Shown here one piece after another: positions 56,575 to 64,000 of a stretch of DNA of 64,000 bases. Made by a program: the position numbers and the translations under genes. The first letter of the stretch is position 1. Every line of letters starts with the position of its first letter. The notes below the pieces were generated by a model that saw only the letters and a program-made list of their open reading frames with translations, was not told the DNA's origin and did not search any database. Origin of the DNA: an uncultured bacterium (lineage in GTDB: Bacteria > Verrucomicrobiota > Verrucomicrobiia > Limisphaerales > UBA8199); the NCBI GenBank assembly GCA_963749495.1, contig CAVVMW010000001.1, forward strand, positions 32,001 to 96,000, in the 5' to 3' direction.

Positions 56575-59500
56575 TCAGGGTTTCTTGGCTGACCTGGCTT
56601 CAAGCGCATCGATCTCCGCCAACGTCGGCAGGCGCACCACGCGGATGGCCCCCTCGCCCGCGCTCTCGAGGACCGAGTTGCCGTCCGGCGGCAGAATGCT
56701 CCATTCCGGGTGAGCAACCAGGAACCAATTCAATCGCAGGCCGGAAATCATCTCGCGGCCCGTGGCGATGTTCCATATCCTGGCAGTTTCATCCATAGAG
56801 TAGGTCACCAGCGACTTGCTGTCCGCCGAAAAGCGGACCAGAAGAGTGCCCGTCGAGTATCCCGCCAGCGGCCCACACACAAGCTGGCCGGTGCGGGCAT
56901 CCCATACCTGGACCTGGCCAAGCGCGGTCTCGGCCAACCATCGGGAATCCGGCGAAAACTGGATGGCGCCCCGTGGCGCTTTGACGATGGATTTGGTCTG
57001 TTGGCTGGCCGCATCCAGGACCTTGACTTGGCCGTCGGTCGTGACGTAGGCGAAGAGGCGCCCATCGGGAGAAGCTCTCAACTGGAAATCGCTAGCCACC
57101 ACCTGCTCTTCGATCAGCTCGGTTTGGTGGGTCTGGAGATCATAAATGGACAGAGGGCCCCTCCAGCCCGCAAGTTCCTCCTGCACCGCATTGACCAACA
57201 CAAGTTTTTTGTGATCGGCTACGGGACAGACCCCGACCAGTCCCGAGGCAACCTTGTTCGAATAGACCAGCTCTGCCGACTCCGCGTTCCAGGCATAGAC
57301 GCGGCCGTCGCCCGTGACCGCGCACAAGTCCCAAGCGGGCGACCCTGAATCGGGATGCGAAAACAAATTCCTCACTCTGCCGGCATGCCAGACATCCACA
57401 TCAATGACATTCACACTGCCCATGAGGCCGGTTTGGAGAGGCTGCCCGTTCAAAAGGGTTCCATGATGTAAAATGGCGTCCGCGTCCTGGATGCTCTTTT
57501 GACGGAGGCACTGGCCGCTTTCCATATCCCACTCCTCAAACGTCAGGTTGGTCAGGTTCACGGTCACCATCCTGCCGGCATCCGCGCGTTGCGCGCAGAT
57601 AAGTCGGCCCCGCGGGAGCGAAAAGGCAGACGGGCCGGAAGGGCTTTGGCTGACATTCCACAGGCAGGCTGTTTTGTCAGCCGAAGCGCTAACCAGACGG
57701 CCATCGGCGGCGAACTTCACGGAGCAGACCCGGCTCAGATGACCCTGGAGCAGCCTTGGCGCTCGATTGGTATCGCCGGTATCCCAGAGGCGAATCATCT
57801 GGTCGCCTCCCGCCGTCGCCAAAACGTGCCCTCCAGGGGCAAACGCCACAGCCCGACCCGCGCCCTGGCTGGCGGGCCAGGTTGCCACCGGCTTGCCTTC
57901 CGGCAGCAACCATAACCAAACCACTGCCGGAGGTCCCATCGTGCCGGCCGCCAGCCAATGGTCATCATCGGAAAAGGCCAGCCTGACGCTATCTTTGGCC
58001 TCAGGGCAGTTGAACACAAGCTGGCGCTGCGCAACCCGCCAAAGCGCCACCTCCCCCTCAGGGCGCAATTCAGGTCTCACCATGAGCGACCAGCTCGCCG
58101 CCAGCAGCGAGCCATCCCGGTTCAAAGCGATGCAGCGGAGATTCTCCTCGGAATTTATGGGGATTTCTGCGGGTCTGACCAGGGGTTCCCAAGTCGCGGT
58201 CTTCCAGACCTGGATGCCTTCCTCGCCGAAGGTGGCCAGCTTTGAGCCGTCGCCGGAAAAGCAGAGGCTGGCGTTGGTGGCCGGCAGGCCCTTCAGCTTG
58301 CCCCAGTTGGTGATGTTCCAGATCAAAACCTCGGAACGGGTGGCGGCGGCCAAAAAACGGCCCTGCGGATCAAACGCGAGATGCTCCGCCTCCGCGAACC
58401 AAGAAGCAAAATTGAGGGGCGCGCCAGAACTGAGCGCCCGGCCTTCTCCTTCCCGGGCCGTATCCCAAAGCCAAAAGGCGCCTCCGCTCTCAGTGGCCAG
58501 CCAGCGGCCGTCCGGCGATAGCGCCGCGCAGGTGACTTCGGCATCGTGGTGGAAGATCTTGGACTGTTGGCCCCGGCACTTCTGCCACAAATAGCGCCAC
58601 TCGATCCCGCGTAGGTCTGGCTCGCCCGGTTTGGGAATCTGCCGGCGCAGGGCTGTCACGGCCTGGCCCAGGTTGTTCTCTCGCCAGGCCGCGTCAGCAA
58701 GCTTGATATCCGCGGCGTAAGCGTTTTGGCGGGCGCGCAGTTCCTCGGCCTCCGCCTGCCGTCGGGCTTGCTCGGCCGCCTGGCGTTGCTTCGTTTCGTT
58801 CGCTTGGGCCTCAACCGCCTTCTGCTCATTGGCTTCAGCGCGGATCCGCTGACGCCCCTGCTCCCGTTCAGCTCGAGTGGCTCGCACGGCCTGCCAGGTG
58901 CTCACCACCACGCCCAGCACTAACGCCGCGACCACCATCGTGCCGGCACCCACCATCACTTTATTCCGTCGGACGAATTTTTGCACCCGGTAAGCCGTGC
59001 TCGCCGGGCGTGCGACGACCGGTTGATGGGTCAGGTGACGTTCCAAATCCTGCGCCAAACCGCTGGCCGTCTCATACCGCCGCGTCCGGTCCTTCTCCAG
59101 GCACTTCATCACGATCCAATCTAAGTCGCCGCGCAAAAAGTGAACCAGCCTGGGTGGATCGGCTTGGCGATGTTTCGCCACCTCCGTGCGCTCCGCATCG
59201 AGCATGGTACTCAGTCGCGTCGAGGGCCGCGCCGGCTCCTGTTCCCGGATGATGCGGCGCATCTCGTCCAAACCAGCGGCAAGTAGCGTCTTGGCGTCAA
59301 AGGGCGTCTTGCCCGTCAGCAACTCATACAGCAGCACCCCCAGCGCATAGACGTCGCTCCGCGTGTCGATGTCCAGACTGGTCATCTCGGCCTGCTCCGG
59401 GCTCATGTAAGCCGGGGTGCCGATGAACTGCTCGAACGCGGTGAACAGTGTCTTGTCAGTCAAGCGCTGCTGGCTGGTGGCCTTGGCGATGCCAAAGTCA

Positions 59501-60210
59501 ATCACTTTGGGCACCGGGACGCCGTCGTTGACGGTGACCAGGATGTTCGAGGGTTTGATGTCGCGGTGGATGATCCCTTTCTGGTGGGCGTGCTGGATGG
59601 CGTGGCAGACCTGGATGAACAGGTCCAAGCGCTGGCGGGGCGACAGGTTGTGCTGGTCGCAGTACTCCGTAATCTTGATCCCCCGCACCAACTCCATCAC
59701 GAAATAGGGCCGGCCCGTCTCCGTCGCGCCGGCATCCAGCACCTTGGCGATGTTCGGATGGTCCATCAGGGCCAGCGCCTGGCGTTCGGCCTCGAACCGG
59801 GCGATCACCTGTTTGGTGTCCATGCCCAGCTTGATCACCTTGAGAGCAACCCTCCTGCGGACCGGTTCCTCCTGCTCGGCCATATAGACCGCCCCGCACC
59901 CGCCTTGGCCGATCTGCTGGAGCAGCTTGTAACGGCCGATCTGGTCGCCCCACTTCTCCGTGACCGGCGCCGGCATAGTGTCAGCCACTTCACCCGAGGA
60001 GGTTGCGGGCGGACCGCCGGCCGCCACCAGTGGTTCCGCGTGCGTGAGGAATCCTCCGGCGCGATCGAGGGCGCGCAGCAGCTTCTCGACCCGCTGCCGC
60101 AACTGGGCATCACCCTCGCAAGCCCGGGCGAGGTAAAGCTCGCGGTCGGGGCCCGACAACTCGACGGCAGCGTCGAAGATGGCTTCCAGTCTATCGTTTG
60201 CCCGGCTCAT
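56575..60210 (-). CDS. Ser/Thr protein kinase with TM helix and WD40 repeats
   Basis: [36 protein letters not shown]40 repeats. Confidence 0.93.
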   Translation of the reverse strand: MSRANDRLEAIFDAAVELSGPDRELYLARACEGDAQLRQRVEKLLRALDRAGGFLTHAEPLVAAGGPPATSSGEVADTMPAPVTEKWGDQIGRYKLLQQIGQGGCGAVYMAEQEEPVRRRVALKVIKLGMDTKQVIARFEAERQALALMDHPNIAKVLDAGATETGRPYFVMELVRGIKITEYCDQHNLSPRQRLDLFIQVCHAIQHAHQKGIIHRDIKPSNILVTVNDGVPVPKVIDFGIAKATSQQRLTDKTLFTAFEQFIGTPAYMSPEQAEMTSLDIDTRSDVYALGVLLYELLTGKTPFDAKTLLAAGLDEMRRIIREQEPARPSTRLSTMLDAERTEVAKHRQADPPRLVHFLRGDLDWIVMKCLEKDRTRRYETASGLAQDLERHLTHQPVVARPASTAYRVQKFVRRNKVMVGAGTMVVAALVLGVVVSTWQAVRATRAEREQGRQRIRAEANEQKAVEAQANETKQRQAAEQARRQAEAEELRARQNAYAADIKLADAAWRENNLGQAVTALRRQIPKPGEPDLRGIEWRYLWQKCRGQQSKIFHHDAEVTCAALSPDGRWLATESGGAFWLWDTAREGEGRALSSGAPLNFASWFAEAEHLAFDPQGRFLAAATRSEVLIWNITNWGKLKGLPATNASLCFSGDGSKLATFGEEGIQVWKTATWEPLVRPAEIPINSEENLRCIALNRDGSLLAASWSLMVRPELRPEGEVALWRVAQRQLVFNCPEAKDSVRLAFSDDDHWLAAGTMGPPAVVWLWLLPEGKPVATWPASQGAGRAVAFAPGGHVLATAGGDQMIRLWDTGDTNRAPRLLQGHLSRVCSVKFAADGRLVSASADKTACLWNVSQSPSGPSAFSLPRGRLICAQRADAGRMVTVNLTNLTFEEWDMESGQCLRQKSIQDADAILHHGTLLNGQPLQTGLMGSVNVIDVDVWHAGRVRNLFSHPDSGSPAWDLCAVTGDGRVYAWNAESAELVYSNKVASGLVGVCPVADHKKLVLVNAVQEELAGWRGPLSIYDLQTHQTELIEEQVVASDFQLRASPDGRLFAYVTTDGQVKVLDAASQQTKSIVKAPRGAIQFSPDSRWLAETALGQVQVWDARTGQLVCGPLAGYSTGTLLVRFSADSKSLVTYSMDETARIWNIATGREMISGLRLNWFLVAHPEWSILPPDGNSVLESAGEGAIRVVRLPTLAEIDALEARSAKKP

Positions 60211-60293
60211 AAACGGCGATTGTATTGAGCGTATCCACCTAACCAATGCGCCAACGGCGGCAAAACCGGTCCACTGTTTTTCAGAAGCAGCCT

Positions 60294-60854
60294 TTAAGCG
60301 TCGCCACTCAGTTCCTCAAACAGCCAAGCGCGAGCGAAGGTCCAGTAGCGTTTGGCCGTGGTTTCCGAGAGGTGCAAAGCCCGGGCCGCCTCGGGTAGCG
60401 AGAGGCCAATGTAGAAACGCAGCCGGACCAACGCCGCCTGTTCCGGATGTTCACTTGCCAGCTTGGTCAGCGCCTCATCAATGCTCAGGAACGTGGCCGG
60501 ATCCGAATCGGTTGCAACCTGAACCTGTTCCAAGGGAACTCGCTCCCACTGACCACCCCGCTTGAGCCGGGATTTGCGCCTGGCATTCTCCACCAGAATC
60601 CTCCGCATCGCTTCGGCTGCCGCCGCGAAGAAATGCCCGCGGCTGTCCCAGCCCTGTTGCTTGGGGTCACGGACCAGCCGCAGCCAGGCATCGTGGACCA
60701 AGGCCGTGGGTTGAAGGGTCTGCCCCGGGGCCTCTTGCGCCATCTTGTGCGCCGCGAGCTTGCGCAGTTCCTCGTAAACCAGAGGCAACAGTTCTTCTGC
60801 GGCTTTGGGTTCGCCCTGCTGCACGCGGTCGAGGATGCGCGTGACATCGCTCAC
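60294..60854 (-). CDS. ECF sigma factor, TIGR02999-type (kinase-associated)
   Basis: DVTRIL..LLPLVYEELRKLAA..TLQPTALVHDAWLRL..RYWTFARAWL. Confidence 0.92.
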   Translation of the reverse strand: MSDVTRILDRVQQGEPKAAEELLPLVYEELRKLAAHKMAQEAPGQTLQPTALVHDAWLRLVRDPKQQGWDSRGHFFAAAAEAMRRILVENARRKSRLKRGGQWERVPLEQVQVATDSDPATFLSIDEALTKLASEHPEQAALVRLRFYIGLSLPEAARALHLSETTAKRYWTFARAWLFEELSGDA

Positions 60855-60952
60855 GGGCCGATGATAGCCGACGCAACCCCTGCGCGCAATTCCAGATTCC
60901 CTCGCCCTGTGGCGGCGCGATCGCCAACCGCAACACCTTTATACTCAGAATC

Positions 60953-61635
60953 TTACAAAGACTGGGTGATTCCGCACAACAGTAGCAGGTTATGGCCACC
61001 GGCCGCAGCAATCTCCAGCGCCCGCTTGACCGATTCCTGGCCCTTCACGTCGGCAAAATCCATCTCGTCGTCGGGGGCTTGCTCGAATATGCGGGCCACG
61101 TCCACCGTCACGGGGAGATTTGGACCTCCCCTTCCAGAAAGCCCACCGCCTCCCGCAGGTTCCGGACCGGGATGACCTGCAGCCCGGCCACCACCGCCGC
61201 CTCGGCCGCGTTTTCGGCCGGAACCATCAGCCCGCCCGTGCCCTCCTCGCGCGCCCGCAGGGCTATGGGCAGCACCCCCTTGACCGGGCGCACCCCGCCA
61301 TCCAGGGCCAATTCCCCCACCATTATGAATTTGCCCAACTGGCCGGGCTCCATCTGCTCGCTGGCGGCAACCATGCCAACGGCAATCGGCAGGTCGAAAC
61401 TCGGCCCCTCCTTCTTCACGTCGGCCGGAGCCAGGTTGATCGTGGTGCGGCCGAAGGTGAAAGAAAACCCGGAATTGATGAGCGCCGTCATGACGCGGTC
61501 CCGCGACTCCTTGACCGCCGCGTCCGGCAGGCCAACGATGATGATGATCGTGTCGCCATACCCGGCGTTCACCTCCACCTCGACCGGATACGCTTCGATG
61601 CCATTGACGGCCGCCGAACAGACCTTGGCCAACAT
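60953..61635 (-). pseudogene. comM: comM 5' fragment A (~220 codons) with promoter
   Basis: Near-identical 5' end; ends GGHNLLLL then CGITQSL*; homopolymer frameshift ~61115. Confidence 0.92.
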
Positions 61636-61771
61636 GGCCAGAGTTATGCGCCAACCGGTCGAAAAAGGCAACCTGGAAACCGACCCTCCGAGATCGCCAC
61701 GGGAGGACCGGACCAGGTTTCAGGAGTTTCAGCGCTTGCGCAGTGATCGTCAGACGGATATGTTAGACGCC

Positions 61772-62005
61772 ATGAAGACGTTGACGACGCGAGAGTTTTT
61801 TCATGCGCCCGGCCTGGTGAAGTCACTGCGGCCAGGCCAGTCGCTGGTGGTGACGGACAACGGGGCGCCGGCGTTCACCGTCACCAAAGCTGGCAAGCGG
61901 GCTGCCAAGACGGCAGAAGATCTGCGGCGGGAGGCCCGGGAGATGTTTCCTGGGGAGCGGCCGAAGGTGAACTTCACGGAGATAATCAAGAAGCTCAAGA
62001 GGTGA
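61772..62005 (+). CDS. Antitoxin (Phd-like)
   Basis: MKTLTTREFFHAPGLVKSLRPGQSLVVTDNGAPAF; GTGA overlap with the PIN gene. Confidence 0.75.
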   Translation: MKTLTTREFFHAPGLVKSLRPGQSLVVTDNGAPAFTVTKAGKRAAKTAEDLRREAREMFPGERPKVNFTEIIKKLKR

Positions 62006-62247
62006 TACTCTACCCCGACAGCAGTTTTCTTCACCTGGAAGCCGACTGGCGGGACGTGCTTCGCAGCGCCAGCGAAATCAGCGTCGCCAACGCCTTTGCC
62101 CGGGCTTGTCCGGGCTCGGACCTGCTGCACGTGGCATACGCGGTGGAATTGGCAGCGGAGGCCTTTGTGAGCTTCGACGATGAGCAATTAGAGCTCGCCG
62201 GGGCCGCAGGCCTGCGCCCGATAAGGCCAGGTACGCGCCACCGCTGA
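62002..62247 (+). pseudogene. vapC: VapC/PIN toxin with an in-frame internal deletion (81 aa)
   Basis: ILYPDSSFL fused to ..DLLHVAYAVELAAEAFVSFDDEQ; ~65 aa shorter than the paralog at 48173-48616. Confidence 0.7.
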
Positions 62248-62574
62248 AAAGACCCTTCAGTGAAACTCATGAAAGGGGTCAGAAAGCCAGAAAGGGTCAG
62301 TTAGTCGCCCGGCGGCCGGTCTAAGCAGACCTTGCTGCATTTATGACAATCTCATTTACTGACTCGTTATCTTACTCCAGAGCGTCCACAACGGCTGCGG
62401 ATTTCTCGACTAGAATCCTAAAAAGCTGAAGGGCTTTTTGCCTAACCTCACCGGAATTTAACCTGGCATCGGGTCCCAAGGGAATGTTCGTCTCATAGGA
62501 AACGATGTCACCCTTGCCACGCTTCATCTCTAGAGTCCTTGAATTTCAAAACGTGATGCAGACAGGTCAAGTTT

Positions 62575-62624
62575 GTGGCACGGGCATCCTGCCCGTGGGG
62601 GCTTGGGCAGGATGCCCGAGCCAC
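62575..62624. repeat. REP-like palindrome / possible terminator downstream of the M16 gene
   Basis: gtggcacgggcatcctgccc...gggcaggatgcccgagccac. Confidence 0.7.
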
Positions 62625-62643
62625 GGTCTGAGGCCCAGCCTCG

Positions 62644-64000
62644 CTAGGGTTTGACCAGACCCGCCTTGTTCAGGTCGAGCCTATCGACTGGGATCACTTC
62701 GGCATTCGGGAACTGGTTTTTCAATTTGGCCAGGAATTGGCGGGCGTCGCCGACGATGATGATGCTGGCATCGTCGGCTGGGAGGTTCTTGGCGGCAAAG
62801 CGCTGAATCTGCGCCGCCGTGACCTTTTGCACGCGCGGGAGGTAGTCATTCAAGGAGGACAGAGGCAGGTTGCAGGCCATCAAGGAGGCGACGGCGGAAA
62901 CCAACCCGGCGCCGGTCTCCAATTTGCGCGCATAATTGCCGGAGAGGGCCGCTTTGCGGGGGAAGAGTTCGCCGGTAGGGACCGGTTCTGCCGCCAGGCG
63001 GGTCAACTCCGCTTTCAGCAGGGCCGCCACCTCCGGCGCGGCGTCGTTGCGGGTCTGCGCGGACGCGGAGAAGAACCCGCTGTCCTTTCGCGCGTCCAGG
63101 GCGCTGTGCGCGCCGTAGGACAGACCGCGCTTGATACGGACTTCCTGATTCAGTCGGGAGGAATATCCCTCGCCCAACACGCCATTGGCCACGCGCCCGA
63201 CGGCATAATCCTTATTGGCGCGGCGAATCGTGGGGCGGACGACGCACACCGCCGCCTGGCCCGCGTCAGGCTTGTCCACCACCACCACGCGCCCGCCTTT
63301 TTGCGCGGCAGCGGACTGCGGCGCGGGGGGCGGCGCGATGCGCGAGGCCTTCCACTCCCCGAAATACTTCGCGGCGTACGCGAAGGCGGCATCCGCGGTG
63401 ATGTCCCCGCCGAAGACCAATACCGTGTTTTGCGGCTGATAGCGGCCCTTGTAGAAACGGTTGATTTGCCCGGCGTCCAACGATTTCATGGTTTCGGGCG
63501 TCCCGTTTGGCGAATGACCATAGCCGCTGTCGCCGAAGACGACGCGGGAGGCGGTCAAGCGGGCTAGTGTCCCCGGTTCGCGCAGGCTCACCGCGAGACC
63601 GTCCAGGGACTGGGACCGCAAGCGTTCGATTTCCTCCGCGGCGAAGGCCGGGGAGCGCAGAACTTCCGCGAACGTTGGCAGAGCGCCGGCCAGACGCCAA
63701 GACAGGGATGACAAACTGACATTGGCGCTGTCCCAACCCGCCCCGGAGTCAAGGGAACCGCCCAAGGCTTCCACGGTCTCGGCAATTTGCGGTGCGGTGC
63801 GCGTCTTGGTCCCGCGGGTGAGCAACGACGCGGCAAAATCCGCAAGACCCGCCGCGCCGTTTGGGTCGAATACGCTGCCCGCCCGGACCCCGGCCGAGAC
63901 GCTGACCAGACCCGTGCCGGGGCGCGGGATAACAACGACGCGGACGCCGTTTGGCAGTTTCCTCTCTATCGGCGTCGGGAAGGCCGCGGGGCGCGGAGCG
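62644..64000 (-). CDS. M16 (pitrilysin/insulinase) family peptidase subunit; 5' end outside window
   Basis: GLADFAASLLTRGT..LGGSL; VLGEGYSSRLNQEVRIKRGLSYGA; IIIVGD. Confidence 0.88.
   Translation of the reverse strand, partial: APRPAAFPTPIERKLPNGVRVVVIPRPGTGLVSVSAGVRAGSVFDPNGAAGLADFAASLLTRGTKTRTAPQIAETVEALGGSLDSGAGWDSANVSLSSLSWRLAGALPTFAEVLRSPAFAAEEIERLRSQSLDGLAVSLREPGTLARLTASRVVFGDSGYGHSPNGTPETMKSLDAGQINRFYKGRYQPQNTVLVFGGDITADAAFAYAAKYFGEWKASRIAPPPAPQSAAAQKGGRVVVVDKPDAGQAAVCVVRPTIRRANKDYAVGRVANGVLGEGYSSRLNQEVRIKRGLSYGAHSALDARKDSGFFSASAQTRNDAAPEVAALLKAELTRLAAEPVPTGELFPRKAALSGNYARKLETGAGLVSAVASLMACNLPLSSLNDYLPRVQKVTAAQIQRFAAKNLPADDASIIIVGDARQFLAKLKNQFPNAEVIPVDRLDLNKAGLVKP

Noticed and set aside
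36106..61635. comM-targeting Tn7-like/AbaR transposon as the cause of the comM fragments
   Set aside because: No tns/tni genes or Tn7-type ends are seen, and such elements split comM with a 5-bp TSD rather than duplicating its ends
1..64000. Many single-base frameshifts (helicase, FGE, sigma genes, surface proteins, transposase, comM fragments) as programmed frameshifting or mass pseudogenisation
   Set aside because: They are scattered through otherwise intact genes and several lie in homopolymer runs, so long-read indel error is the simplest explanation; this cannot be resolved without reads

Overview
This is a GC-rich bacterial accessory region. Gene families suggest Verrucomicrobiota (Pedosphaerales/Limisphaerales-like): sigma-TM-sensor ECF fusions, TIGR02999-type ECF plus WD40 kinase, prepilin/H-X9-DG protein and beta-propeller/MBG/PKD surface proteins. 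Many single-base frameshifts, several in homopolymer runs, suggest an unpolished long-read contig. The most striking structure is a comM/yifB 'accretion array'. One intact comM (37634-39160) is preceded by three promoter-bearing 5' fragments (starts at 47969, 49334, 61635) and followed by two 3' fragments and one inverted internal fragment. Cargo lies between the fragments: TA modules, surface proteins and an ECF/kinase pair. Two 5' fragments and the inverted one break just before the Walker A motif. The window also holds three IS elements with TIR/TSD (ISL3, IS1380, IS5/ISNCY-like). The latter two carry homologous divergent AbrB-like accessory ORFs, and a 142-bp MITE shares the IS5-like ends. 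Other content: an ORF-less group II intron inserted in an inverted repeat; 7-8 TA loci, three with amputated toxins; four sigma-TM-sensor ECFs plus three sigma-less sensor ORFs; a TOTE-type primase-helicase; a NucS-like nuclease inside a recD2 relic; and many REP/BIME-like palindromes and gene fragments. No rRNA, tRNA or CRISPR array was seen. All family calls come from motif recognition by eye, not database searches.
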